Assembly: GCF_004010195.1 (NCBI RefSeq)
Contig: NW_025215130.1
Span: 12,577-57,669 of the forward strand
DNA from: Chiloscyllium plagiosum
Taxonomy: Eukaryota
DNA: 45,093 nucleotides
Direction of reading: 5' to 3'
This document shows positions 11,729 through 24,126 of the stretch, one piece after another. Under the pieces are notes generated by a model. The model saw only the letters and a program-made list of their open reading frames with translations. It had not been told where the DNA came from and searched no databases. A program made the translations under genes and the position numbers. Each line of letters opens with the position of its first letter. Position 1 is the first letter of the stretch.

Positions 11729-12113
11729 NNNNNNNNNNNNNNNNNNNNNNNNNNNNNNNNNNNNNNNNNNNNNNNNNNNNNNNNNNNNNNNNNNNNNNNN
11801 NNNNNNNNNNNNNNNNNNNNNNNNNNNNNNNNNNNNNNNNNNNNNNNNNNNNNNNNNNNNNNNNNNNNNNNNNNNNNNNNNNNNNNNNNNNNNNNNNNNN
11901 NNNNNNNNNNNNNNNNNNNNNNNNNNNNNNNNNNNNNNNNNNNNNNNNNNNNNNNNNNNNNNNNNNNNNNNNNNNNNNNNNNNNNNNNNNNNNNNNNNNN
12001 NNNNNNNNNNNNNNNNNNNNNNNNNNNNNNNNNNNNNNNNNNNNNNNNNNNNNNNNNNNNNNNNNNNNNNNNNNNNNNNNNNNNNNNNNNNNNNNNNNNN
12101 NNNNNNNNNNNNN
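11729..12113. other. Assembly gap (N run)
   Basis: Run of N inside CR1 ORF1. Confidence 1.
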
Positions 12114-13999
12114 AGGGGAAGGGGAAAGAAGCCCCATGCCTTGTTCTACACAGACACTGACAAAGTAGGTAGGGAATGTGCAGGGGATAGAAGACAAGAT
12201 TTCAAGGAAGCTCGTGTGGAAGCTAGGAACAGGAACAAACAGAGTTTTTATCTCTCCTTTGGTACCCATGCCACGTGCGATGGAGGCGTGGGATAGAGTG
12301 ATCCGTTGAGCACGTGGCGACAGGGATGCTGCAGGACGGAAGGTTTTGTATACCTGGATAACTGGAGCTCAACCTGGGCTCAGTGGGACCTCTACAAACG
12401 CGATGCATTACATCTGAACAGGAATGGTACCAATAACCTCTTGGGGGAAATAGCAAATACTCTTCTGAACAGTTTACGCGAATGCAGCAGGAGGATGGGA
12501 AACTGAATTGCAGATCCAGTGCCCAAGAGGTTGGAAGTAGTAAGGTCATAAATATGTTTTTAAGGTGGCTGGAGTGTACCAGCAAGGAGGAAGATGAATT
12601 GAGGAATGTATGCTTCAATGCCTGGAGCATCTGGAAACAAGTGGGCGAACCTGCAGCATTGGGTGGGACGTGGTATATCGAAGTTCTGCCGTTTCGGAAC
12701 TTGGATAACCCCAGGTTCAGGAGCGGTTGTTGGAGGGTCAGGGTTGTACACGTTCAAGGACGTGCAGAGAAGGTGATATTGGAAGTTGAGGTTCGGCATT
12801 GTTAGTCACGAAGAGTATTACTGCGTTAGAACGGACGTTTGATGAGGACTCATCTACTGCGGTAATATAGTCTGAAATTAAAAACAGGAAAGGAAAGGTG
12901 AAACTGTTGTGAGTTTTCTATAGGGTGTTCAAAAGTTACAGAGATTTACAGGAAAGAATTGGAAAGATGATTCTGGATCGAAGCGCAAGTAACATCGTGG
13001 TGGTTATGGGGACTTCAACTTGCAAATGTTGACTGGAAACGGTATTCTTCGAGTGCAATTTTTATTTCAGTGTGTTTTGGAGGGTTTCCTGACAAAGTAT
13101 GCAGGTAGGCAGGCAACAGCCAAAGCCACATTCGATATGGTACTGGATAATGATCCCAGCCACGTGTTAGATTTGGACGTAGCTGAGTACTTTGGTGAAA
13201 CGAACCACCATTCGGTTACGTTTATTTGTGCGATTGAAATGGAAAGGTATACACCTTTCCATTTACATATTAGCCAGGAAGACCTAAACAGAGCACGAAT
13301 AATAGCAAGAGGGCACATGAGTAGCGTTTTGCAGGTAGAATCAATGAAAACCCTCAAGCTTTCTTTAGTATGTCAGAAATAAAAGAATGACGGGAGGAAG
13401 ATTACAGCCAGTCAAGGGCAGTTGTTGGAAGATGTGTACGGAATGCGAGGAGCTAGAAGAGTAGCTAAATGAATATTTTTCGTTGGCATTAACGCAGGAA
13501 AAAGACAATTGATATCGAGGAGAACGCTGAGATAGAGGTTTCAGCTGACACGGGATAGAAGTTCACAAGGTGGAAGTGTTTGCAATTCCGGAAAGTATAA
13601 ATATAGTTAAATTTCCTGTGCCAGATGGGATTTATCCTTGAATTCTCTGGGAAGTTAGGCAAAGAAACCCAAGGCTTTGCGTTTATATTTATTTCGTCAT
13701 CATGTGCAGTGCCAGAAGACTGGAGGATAGTAAATGTTATTCCCTTGTTTAAGAAATGGGGTGGAGTCAATCCTGGTAATCATCGATAAGTGAACCTCAC
13801 ATCATTTGCTGATAAAGTGTTGGATGATCGATAGCACGGTTTTGTAAAGCACAGTTCGTGCCTCACAAAACTTATTGAGTTCTTTGAGAAGGTGACAAAA
13901 CAGGTGGATTAGAGTAAAGCGGTTGATGTGTGGAATTTAATTTCACTTCAGGGTTTGAAAAGGTGGCCCATGATAGGCCATTGCAGAAAATGTGGAGGT

Positions 14000-14307
14000 T
14001 AGGTTAGATTAGATTACTTACAGTGTGGAAACAGGCCATTCGGCCCAACACGTCCAATCCGACCCGCCAAAGCGCAACCCACCCATACCCCTACATTTAC
14101 CCCTTACCTAACACTACTAGCATGGCCAATTCACCTGACCTGCACATCTTTGTGACTGTGGGAGGAAACCGGAGAACCCGGAGGAAACCCACGCAGACAC
14201 GGGGAGAACGTGCAAACTCCACACAGTCAGTCGTCTGAGGCAGGAATTGAACCCGGGTCTCTGGCGCTGTGAGGCAGCAGTACTAACCACTGTGCCAACG
14301 TGCTGCC
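14000..14307 (-). mobile_element. HE1-type SINE, well preserved, inserted in the CR1 RT
   Basis: Minus strand GGCAGCACGTTGGCACAGTGGTTAGTACTGCTGCCTCACAGCGCCAGAGACCCGGGTTCAATTCCTGCC (A and B boxes), core GTGTGGAGTTTGCACGTTCTCCCCGTGTCTGCGTGGGTTTCCTCCGGG, a CR1-like 3' end and a short (TCTAA)-like tail. Confidence 0.95.
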
Positions 14308-15489
14308 TACTTATGGAATTGCCCAGGTATGGAATTGAGGGTGATTTAGCTTTTTGGATAAGATATTGTCTGGCTGTATAAAGACAGAGAGTGGTGGTTG
14401 GTGTTGAAATGCTCATGTTGGAGTTCAGTTACCCGTGGTCTACTGCAAGGGTGTATTTTCAGACCACTGCTGTTGTCATTGTTATAAATGCCCTGGATGA
14501 GGGGAAAGAAGGATTGGTTAGGACATTTGCGTACAATACGAACGTTGATGGAGTTGTCGACAGTGCAGAAGAATGTTTCAGGTTACAGAAGGATAAAGAT
14601 GTGACAAATGGATTTTAATGCGGAATATTGCGACATTATTCACTTTAGAAGGAGTAATCCGAATACAGAGCACAAGGTTAATGGTCAGTTTATTGGTAAC
14701 GTAGAAGAGCACAGAGATCTCGTTGTCCAAGTGTAATTCTCCCTGACAGTTGCACACCCAGATTGATAGAGTTGTTAAGAAGACATATGGTCTGTTAGTT
14801 TTCTTGATAGAGGGGTTGAGTTTCGGAGTCAGGAGGTCATGCACAGATGTATTAAATTCTAGTTTGGCCGCACTTGGAGAATTGCATCCATTTCTGGTCG
14901 TCGAATTAAATGAAGGATTCGGAAACATTGGAAAGTATGTTATGAATAGAGTTGCCAGGGTATTACCTGCAATGGAGGGAAGGTCTTATAAGAAAGGCTG
15001 AGTGAATTGAGGATGTTTTCATTCGAGAGAGGCATATACGATCATCAGATAATCAGATAGTGGAGTCATTGGCAGCCTTTTCCCTCGGATTGTGACGGGT
15101 GGTTCAAGGGGACATAACTTAAAATTGATGGGAGATAGAAATGGAGAGATGTCAGAAGTGTTTGTTTACTCAGAGAGTAGAAAGTGCATGAAATGACCTG
15201 TTTGCAACACTGGCACACTCGCCAACATAAAGGTCATTTAAAAAGTCATTGTATAAATATACATATGGTAATGGAATAGTGTGGATGAGAATGACTCCGA
15301 TTAGTTTCACAGGTCAGCACAACATCAAGAGCCGAAGGGCGTGCATTCTTCTCCAAGTATGAGTAAATTAGGTTTGTTAGAAACGTCTCCAATACTTTTC
15401 TTACAACTGATGGCTTATGTCTTGCAATTCGTGTATTAAGAAATGACATTGGCTTCAACCGAATGTATTCTTTTCCATTTTCTCTCGAA

Positions 15490-15720
15490 TACTATTGAAA
15501 TTAGATGTCCAATAATTTAGAAATTTGGCCAGAGTGAAGTCTTATCTCTTCTATTAACTTGGTAAAACGTTTAGAACTATGGTCACTGCTCCCAAACTGC
15601 TCCCTCACTGAATCTTGGAAAAGATGGCCAAGTTCATTCCTCAATAAAAGGCCTAGACCAGCCTCTTCCCTGGTTGGAATCTCACATTTTATTTCAAGCA
15701 TCCATCCTGTATTCATCTGA
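15490..15720 (-). mobile_element. CR1 ORF2 endonuclease C-terminal fragment
   Basis: PTREEAGLGLLLRNELGH..SVREQFGSSDHSSKRF matches the APE motif PTRxxAxLDLvL...E.lGxSDH. Confidence 0.7.
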
Positions 15721-16595
15721 CCCAATCCACATTTAAGCGGAATGAGAGAGTTATAATAAATAGCATGTAAATTAAAATCACATACGAGAACACGCAGCAT
15801 AATTTTTTTTAACGGCTTTCCATGATTTGTATACATAACTGTCCACTGGTGACTGAGATTTTAATGGTATATCGCCATCAGAAGACTGTAAGACACAGGA
15901 GCAAAAATTAGGCCATTCTGCCCATCAAGTCTCCTCCACCATTTTATCATGTCTAATAATTTTCTTAACCTTATTCTCTCGCTTTCTCCACATTACCACT
16001 GAAGGCCTGAAGAAGTAAGGACTTGCCTCTGTCTATCTTAAATGCACTCAATGACCTGTCCTCTACTGTCTTCTATGGCAGGGAATTCAGTTGTTACACC
16101 ATTCTCTGGCTTATCCTGATCTCTGTTCAAAAAAGTCTTGTCGTTACTCGAAGGTGATGCCCTCGATTCGTAGTCTCTATGATGAATGGAAGCATCTTCC
16201 AGCTCCATTCTGTCCAGGATTTTCAATGTTCTGTTAGTTTCAAGTAGTTCCACTTCATCCTTCTAAACTCAATCCAGTATTAACGACCATCATCTGTCAG
16301 CCTTGTCGTTCAACGGACAATTATTGTGAATGTGCCATACATTGTTACTGAGGTATGGAGCGCAAGCATGCGCACAATACATCAAAAGTGGTCCGATCAG
16401 CGCCTTATACATACCCCAAATTACTTCGCTGCTTTAAAATTCAATTCCTGTCGAAATAAATGCCATCATTGCATTTTCATTCCAAAATATTGATTCAATC
16501 AGTAAGTTATCCCTGAGAGAATCCTGGAAAAGAATGCCCAAGTTTCTTTGAACTTCGGACTTCTGAATTATCTCCCCATTCAGAAAATCGCCTCT

Positions 16596-16794
16596 ATTGC
16601 TGTGGTTCTGTTCGCCGAGCTGGAAGGTTTTGTTGCAAACGTTTCGTCCACTGTCTAGGTGACATCCTCAGTGCATGGGAGCCTCCTGTGAAGCGCTTCT
16701 GTGGTGTTTCCTCCGGCATTTATAGTGGCCTGTCCTTGCCGCTTCCGGTTGTCAGTTTCAGCTGTCCGCTGTGGTGGCCGGCATATTGGGTCCA
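16596..16794 (-). mobile_element. Solo PLE (Poseidon-like) terminal repeat nested in the CR1
   Basis: Closely similar to 6238-6435. The minus strand contains ACCGGAAGC, TATAAATG and a hammerhead motif. Confidence 0.85.
16634..16675 (-). ncRNA. Minimal type I hammerhead ribozyme motif (intact core)
   Basis: Minus strand UGCA-CUGAGGA-U-GUCAC(CUAGACA)GUGGAC-GAAAC-GUU-UGCA: 4-bp stem I, stem II with one bulge, ACGU palindromic stem III and GUU cleavage triplet. Confidence 0.75.
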
Positions 16795-17934
16795 TCTAGT
16801 CGTATAATCTCACACTTCTCCATAATGTCCTCCTCTGCCATTCTTTGCACGCCCTGCGCAATAATCCAAATCCTTCTGCAGTCTCCACGCCTACTTAATG
16901 CTACTTGACCTTATACATATTATTGAATCATCTGCAAACTTATGCAGAATGCCGTCACTTCCTTCATCTACATCGTTCATGTATAAAGCGAAAACACTGT
17001 TTTCCCAAGAGTCAGCCTTGTGTAACACCAACTGTGAAGAGCTGAAATTCTGAGAATGACCCTTTTATCCCAACTCTTTTCTTTCTCACAGACAGCCAAG
17101 CTTCTGTTCATGCTCGAACTTCGTTTCTTAAGCCATGGTCCCTAATCTTCCTCAGTAGCCTCCTTTGTAGCTCTTTACTAAGACCCCTTTGAATTTCTTC
17201 AATATTACATCCATTGATTTTTCTTGTTTTAAACTGCTCGTTAATTCCACAAAGAATGCTTGCAGATTTTTCAAACATGATCTAACTTGATGAAAACATA
17301 CGGATTCTGTGTTAGTTTCGCATCAACCTCAAGTATTCAGAAATTACATCCTTCTGCATGGATTCCACGACCATACTGCGTCCAAATTTGGGCTAATTGG
17401 CATATAATTTTCCAAATTCTGCCATACTCAAATTTTAAACAGGGGTGTTAAGTTAGCAAATTTCCAGGCTTCTGGAGCCCTTTCTTCTTCTACTGATTCC
17501 TGAAAAATTACCACTAAACCGTCCATTGTCTCATAGGCTGTCCGACATGGGAATCTCGCGCGTTATCCTTCTTGTTTGGGAGAATTATCCGCATGCAGGT
17601 CATTCAGTTTTCCCAGCACTTTCTTCTTGGTGATGGCTGCCAAACTCAGCTCTGCCTCTTTACCCTCTAAGACATTTTGAGAAATTTCTTGTGCCTTCGA
17701 CTGTGAAGACTGAAGCATTTTTTTTTTCATTTCTTCAGACATTTCGCTTTTCCTGAATACTATTTCTCCTGTGTAATTTTTCAGCAGCCCAATACCCATT
17801 TCGGCCTCTTCTTAGCCCTTTATACACTGAAAGAAACTATTTCAAACAGCCTTTCTATTACTGACTGATTCGCCCACATATTTAACCTTCCCCCTCCTTC
17901 AATATTTGCTTTTTAATTTTTTTGGCCTCTATTG

Positions 17935-18650
17935 GCGCATATGCATGCATTTGTGTGTATATTTATACACGTGAGTTTATGTGTGTATGTGCGCGTGCGC
18001 ATGCTTGTCTGTGTACTTTATGATCAGCATGCAATAATGTAGGTGTAGGTGCCTGAATTCGGTATATTTGTGCACGTTTATAAGTATGCATGTGGATATT
18101 TGATAAGTGGATATATGTCGACACTAACGTGTGCACGTGAATTTTTGTATGCATGAGCGTGTGTTCACAGGTGCAGGCATGTCCATGTGTATTTGGAGGT
18201 CTTTTTTGAAATTGTGTGCGTGTATGTTTGTGTGTGTGTGGGTCCGTGTGTACTTACTGGCCTACATGCATGTGTGGAGGAATTTCTGCAGTGTCTCTTC
18301 CACATTGCACGTACTGCCACTAATGAGTAGAAGAAGTGGCTCTCCAGTCTACCGGGAAATGATGCCAATTACTCAGTCCGTTTTTCTCTGGAGGATGAGG
18401 ATGAAATACTACATTCATTGTAATCATGACATTAGAGCGAGGATGCATCTGAGTATATATGTGTTTCATTTAGTGTGCTGAATGTACTTGCATGTTTGTG
18501 AGAACGTGTGCATGCGTTGCTGAGTGCATGTGTGCTACTGAATACAAATATATGTGATGCAAACTTGTGTAAATCTCTACATGCATATGTCTGTGTGCCT
18601 CAATATGTGCGTAGTGGTATTTTGTTTGCATAAGTAGCGTGAAGATGTGT
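17935..18650. repeat. Degenerate (TG/TGCA/TA)n simple-sequence tract with an internal non-repetitive segment
   Basis: Dense TGTGTG, ATGCATGC and TATG motifs. The segment at about 18275-18440 is non-repetitive and resembles an old LINE fragment. Confidence 0.7.
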
Positions 18651-18654
18651 AGGT

Positions 18655-19255
18655 ATTCGGACGAAGACATTCCTTTAACAAGGTTACATTGTTCGTAGTT
18701 TATTGCACAGAGTTTGTGAAGGCACAGGTTCTGAAATGGTTGAATATGGAAGGGTTATAAGCCCAACGTGTTTATAGTGAATCGATATTCCCTCAGGCAG
18801 AATGCATTCAAAATAAAAAATAACACTTCTATAATGAAAATAGAGTGGTCAGTTTTCAAAGCTCAGCTTTGCTCTGGTAGCGTAGTTTTAACTGGGGGGA
18901 AGATAGGCTGCTGGAAGCATGTTCGGACTGGTTTTCTGTCTGATTTAATATGACCTTTCGTGCCAAGCGGTGATTATGGGAATTGTTTCAAGTATTCTGG
19001 AACAACATTATTAAGTGGGATGATCTGTTGGGCCTCGGATAGATTACGTTATTTGGCATAATCTTATTTTTTCCATCTTTGTGTTACATTCAGTAATTTC
19101 ATAAAATAAATACTGTTTTGTTTAAAACTACTCGGTTTGACAAACTAATTCTCTCCTGGAATACCCAGTTATCCACCTGCTGAAAATAACTACCAATGTT
19201 CGGGTTCAGACTACCTTCTTCAAATGTTTTGAGGGCACTGGCTTAGTCCATGACA
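18655..19255 (+). repeat. Putative 5' LTR of the Gypsy/Gmr1 element
   Basis: Ends in ...GTCCATGACA (19255) immediately before a PBS-like sequence and contains AATAAA at about 19105. The 5' boundary is uncertain, and no 3' LTR is visible for comparison. Confidence 0.5.
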
Positions 19256-19258
19256 GTT

Positions 19259-19277
19259 TGGCGGCTCTTTTCCGAGT
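19259..19277 (+). promoter_or_regulatory. Degenerate primer-binding site (tRNA-Pro-like)
   Basis: TGGCGGCTCTTTTCCGAG begins 3 nt after the terminal CA and resembles TGGGGGCTCGTCCGGGAT, the complement of the tRNA-Pro 3' end. Confidence 0.45.
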
Positions 19278-19962
19278 TTGCTCTGTTGTTCCGAATTGGG
19301 ACTAGATATTTCGGACTCGAAGGCAGTGAGTGGTAGGTGTTTGTGTCTTTTATTCTGAGTTTTGAAATTGCTTAGTTCAGCAGTGCTTAGGATAGCAATG
19401 GATCTTTCAGTCACCAAGGGATTCTTGGAATGGAAGAAGTGCCCTTGTGGCTTTTACAAAAGGTGGTTAAGGCCAAATTGCAGGTATTAACAGAGACGTT
19501 GCAAATGCAGCTGCCTACATAAAATGTGGAAAGAAGAAATAATTAGAACAATAGCTCAGCAGTTAAATTTGCTGTAAACACCATGGGATTATATGAAGAT
19601 GGCTAAAGTTCAATGGAAAATGAAGCAGCTTGCGCACAGTCAAAAGATAAGGTCAGTACAACAAAACTGATTACGATTAAAAGCAGAGCACAGAGGAAAA
19701 TAATGAATGGCTTTAGCAGAAGACAGAGAGAAATAGGGAGCGCGTATGAACTTCAGAAATTGACACTTCGACAGGAAATGCAGCTGACAATTATGGAGAT
19801 TAAAGCTAAATTTCAGCTCAGGAAGAGAGGAGGAGGAGGATGAGCAAACCCATGGCAGACAAATTCCTGGTGGCGATCTTTTTAAAAATACTCAAGCTTT
19901 GCCTATATTCGATAAGAAAAGTGTTGAAGCCTTTTTTCATCTGATCAGAAAATGTAGTTCCA

Positions 19963-20460
19963 CAAATGCGGTGGCCAATGATCATGCGGTTTGCTGATCA
20001 AAACGAACCTTATAGGTAGAGCTAGTGATGTATTGCCATCACGATCAGGGGATGTACCTGGAGCGTATGAGAACGTAAAGAAATCCATCTGAAGTGCAAA
20101 TGACCTTGTGCCAGAAGATTCCAGACAACGTTTTAGCAATCTAATACGGGACACTCGTCAAAACTGCATTGTGTTTGAAAGGATCAAACAAAGTAATTTT
20201 GAAAGGGAGACCAAATGCGGTGGCCAATGATCATGCGGTTTGCTGATCAAAACGAACCTTATAGGTAGAGCTAGTGATGTATTGCCATCACGATCAGGGG
20301 ATGTACCTGGAGCGTATGAGAACGTGAAGAAAGCCATCTTAAGTGCAAATGACCTTATGCCAGAAGATTCCAGACAACGTTTTAGCAATCTAATACGGGA
20401 CACTCGTCAAAACTGCATTGTGTTTGAAAGGATCAAACAAAGTAATTTTGAAAGGGAGAC
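19963..20460 (+). repeat. Tandem duplication, 2 x 249 bp, within Gypsy gag
   Basis: Copies at 19963-20211 and 20212-20460 differ at 4 positions by eye. Confidence 0.95.
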
Positions 20461-23391
20461 AAGCGCAGAAAAAAATGGAGGAAAGCTACGACACTGTTGG
20501 AGAAACATTTATTTTGGAGGAATTCAAAAATTCACTTCCTGAATTACTGTTAAATCATATGGAAGAGCAGAAAGCTAAAACGGCCAGATTAGCAGGTAAA
20601 ATCGTTGGTGGTTATGAGTTGGACCAGAAAACGAAGAATTCGGATTTGATGAAATGACAAATCTTCACGTGGAAAAGGAAAGGTATATTTCGGTGAAGAT
20701 CACATGGATGAGATACAACAGCATAAAAAAAGAAACCCTTCGTAGGGGTCAGAGAAGGTAAGAATCTCCAGTGTTTTCACTGCATTAAAATAGGCCCATG
20801 ACAACACAATGTTTGTCAGTTGGGAAATGCACTGGAACACGAGATGTAGGGAAACAGCATAAGCCACTGCATTTTCGAATAGTTGCAAGAAAAAGCGCAG
20901 TAGATGCTGTATCAGAATGTACAGGCTGGTCACGGGTTGTTTTAGAATGAAGTGACAGGTCTTCTTAAACAATGTACCTGCAAAAGTAAAGTTCATTCGC
21001 ATAGGCCAGGGTCAGTGAGTAAATACATTATAATATTCAAAGACACGGGTTCCTCTCAGTCTGAGACTTTGAAAGATGAAGAAATATGCACCTCTGAAGT
21101 AATATTTCCAGAAAAGGTAGGAATAACCGGAATTCACGTTGAGACAAAAAGGTCTCAGTTATGCAATATGGGTCAGAGTGTCTGCAGAAGAATGGAGAAT
21201 TCATCATACGAGTAGTAGACAAACTGTCAGCACCAGAAATATTATTTGTCCCTGCTAGTGATATCGCTGATTTACTTGTGGTTGTGCTACCGACTGAAAA
21301 TGACATGGAAACTAGTGCAAGTGAACTACTTCAGGGCACACATCATGAAATCTTTACTGACTGTGTGGTATGAAGTCAACAAAGACTTTATTTGAAACAG
21401 GAGATACCAAAAAGTACAAATAAGTACTTTGAAATGGAATTAACAGAGAACCAGTTTGATCAAATGATTGAGACAAGGCAGAAACAGATACATAACAATG
21501 CAAACATCTTTTGCTCCGATAAGTTGACAGAGTTGCAGTGGAAAGATGAAAATTTAAATAACTTGTATCAGAAGGCATGCACAGGAAACGAATTAGAATA
21601 TATATCTGAATGTTATTACTATAAAATTAATCACTTCGTGAGAAAATGGAGAACTACACATATCCAGGCAGATGACAAATGATCAGAAGTTCATCAAATC
21701 TTATTGCCAGTCGGGTATAGGAAGGAAGTGTTGTGAGTACAGCCTGAGCTATTACTTGGGGTCGTTTTGCAGTGAAGAAAACACAAGCTAAAAGACAAAA
21801 CATTCGTACTAACTTGAACTGCGCAAGGATATAGGTGAACTGCAGCTTGAACGAATTTCGTTGAATTTGCTCCATTTTTTCACATTTCAAAGGCTGTTTT
21901 CAAGATTCTGCCCAGTGAAAATTCCCAAAACATTACAAGTAAAAGGAATGGAATGCACCAGTTATTGAAAGTTTTAAATACTGAGTTTTCTGATCTTGTG
22001 GAGTATGACTTGAGTCAAGTAATTGGAAAACACAGACGATAATAGTAGCCCCACATTTAACTCCTCTTCCTGCATTTGAGAAAACCTCTACAAGCGTCTT
22101 ACCTGATTTCGCAGATCCTGAACATCAAAAATGTGGGAAACATATATTCATTAATAATGATTGATGCGTTGACTAGATCTCCAGAGGCCGTCCCATTACA
22201 CAACATCAGAGCTGAAAGGACTGGAGTGGACATACTTAATTTTTTAAACTAGATACAGACTACTGACAGAGATGTGTTCCGATCAATCGCCAAACGTCAC
22301 ACCAATATTCATAAATGAAGTTATGGACAGCTTAGTAATAAAACAATTCATTTCTGCAGTAGCCCATCCAGATTCGTAGGGAGCACGCGAAAGGTGGCGC
22401 TAAACATTGAAGATCATATTGAGGGCTGAGAGCCAAGAGTATGCAGATCTTTGGGGGAACAGAATTCCGGTTGTGCTTTTTGCGAACATACATGCACCAA
22501 ACGAATCGATCAAATCCAGTCAATTCGAACCAATTTGGGGGCATGAAGTGAGAGGACCGTTAAAATGGATGATGGAGAAATTGCTAATTCAGAATTTAAA
22601 GAAAACATATAATTGAGCTATGTGTCAACTATGAGAGTTCAATTGAATAGTGTTGGAGAGTTGGATGGTCAGCATTTAAAAGTATCACAACATACAGTGA
22701 AAAAGGAAGCAGACAAGAAATCAAAAATTGGCAATTTTCGCTCTCGGGAATAAGGAAGTTTTACTTCCAGTGATAAGTGAAACTTTAAAAGCAAGATTTG
22801 GTGGTTCGCATCCAGTTGAAAGAAAAATAAGTGAAGTGGAGTAACTGATGGGGACTCCAGACAGAAGGAATCGCTCAGAGTGTGTCATGTCAATATGTTC
22901 CAAAGGGAAGGAAAACAAGAGGAGAATCTGTTATTTGTTACAACACAGAGCGAAGAGCCAAATTCAGAGGATTCTGAATTGGGAATTCGTTAGTTCAATT
23001 TGGAAAATGAGGACTTTCTCAAAATGTAGGGTACATATTGAGTTATCTTACAGAGGAAAACCGAAATGAACTGATAAAAATGTTTTACTATTGCACGGGG
23101 AGGTTAGTGATTAAACTTTGAAGTACTAACATAATTGTGCAGGATGTAGACACAGGAGATATTGCTCCAATTAAGCAATATTCTAATGAGCATAACCCTC
23201 TAATGTTGAAGCAGTTTAAAGGAGATTGAATGCAAGTTCCAACTCGATATTTCGAAGTGAATTACAGTGACTGGAGCTCACCCATCATTATGGCTGTCAA
23301 AACGAAATGGTTAACAACGGTTATGTTCGAACTATCGAAAAGTCATCGCAGCTACAGAGACTGGCGGATCTCTGATTCCACGTTTGGAAGA

Positions 23392-24126
23392 NNNNNNNNN
23401 NNNNNNNNNNNNNNNNNNNNNNNNNNNNNNNNNNNNNNNNNNNNNNNNNNNNNNNNNNNNNNNNNNNNNNNNNNNNNNNNNNNNNNNNNNNNNNNNNNNN
23501 NNNNNNNNNNNNNNNNNNNNNNNNNNNNNNNNNNNNNNNNNNNNNNNNNNNNNNNNNNNNNNNNNNNNNNNNNNNNNNNNNNNNNNNNNNNNNNNNNNNN
23601 NNNNNNNNNNNNNNNNNNNNNNNNNNNNNNNNNNNNNNNNNNNNNNNNNNNNNNNNNNNNNNNNNNNNNNNNNNNNNNNNNNNNNNNNNNNNNNNNNNNN
23701 NNNNNNNNNNNNNNNNNNNNNNNNNNNNNNNNNNNNNNNNNNNNNNNNNNNNNNNNNNNNNNNNNNNNNNNNNNNNNNNNNNNNNNNNNNNNNNNNNNNN
23801 NNNNNNNNNNNNNNNNNNNNNNNNNNNNNNNNNNNNNNNNNNNNNNNNNNNNNNNNNNNNNNNNNNNNNNNNNNNNNNNNNNNNNNNNNNNNNNNNNNNN
23901 NNNNNNNNNNNNNNNNNNNNNNNNNNNNNNNNNNNNNNNNNNNNNNNNNNNNNNNNNNNNNNNNNNNNNNNNNNNNNNNNNNNNNNNNNNNNNNNNNNNN
24001 NNNNNNNNNNNNNNNNNNNNNNNNNNNNNNNNNNNNNNNNNNNNNNNNNNNNNNNNNNNNNNNNNNNNNNNNNNNNNNNNNNNNNNNNNNNNNNNNNNNN
24101 NNNNNNNNNNNNNNNNNNNNNNNNNN
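23392..24126. other. Assembly gap (N run)
   Basis: Run of N between the Gypsy RT and the PLE cluster. Confidence 1.

Larger units (their letters stand above)
11310..15345 (+). mobile_element. Near full-length decayed CR1 LINE: ORF1 (Zn-finger/coiled coil and SGNH esterase) and ORF2 (APE endonuclease and RT)
   Basis: ORF1 remnants include ELDE, FPLRNKYTIL and EGFVYLDNW...WDLYKRDALHLNRNGTNNL (esterase DxxH). ORF2 includes CFNAWSI, VVMGDFN, YFGETNHH, NVIPLFKK, HGFVK.SSCLTKLIEFFEKVT and FAYNTNV (decayed FADDTK). The 3' UTR ends near 15340. The element spans the gap at 11729-12113 and is interrupted by a SINE. Confidence 0.88.
15880..17830 (-). mobile_element. CR1 LINE (second subfamily), 5'-truncated and decayed
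   Basis: 3' UTR on the + strand reads GACACAGGAGCAAAAATTAGGCCATTCTGCCCATCAAGTCT. The RT motif KFADDS is at about 16925-16945 (minus), and the upstream remnant is ITKKKVLGKLNDLHADNSP. Confidence 0.8.
18655..23391 (+). mobile_element. Decayed Gmr1-clade Ty3/Gypsy LTR retrotransposon (gag/SCAN-like capsid, CCHC, PR, IN, RT), truncated by gap
   Basis: Gag YENVKKAILSANDLMPEDSRQRFSNL and ILEEFKNSLP; Zn knuckle remnant CFHC at about 20772; protease IIFKDTGSSQS at about 21030-21063; integrase core IDALTRSPEAVPL...SDQ...IPVVLFA...FEPIWGHEVRGPL at about 22050-22570; RT start DTGDIAPIKQ...SDWSSPIIMAVK...NYRKV...IPRLE at about 23140-23391, after IN. Confidence 0.88.

Noticed and set aside
11584..12269. 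Long ORFs spanning the first N run (also 23230-24272)
   Set aside because: Artefacts of translating assembly gaps.
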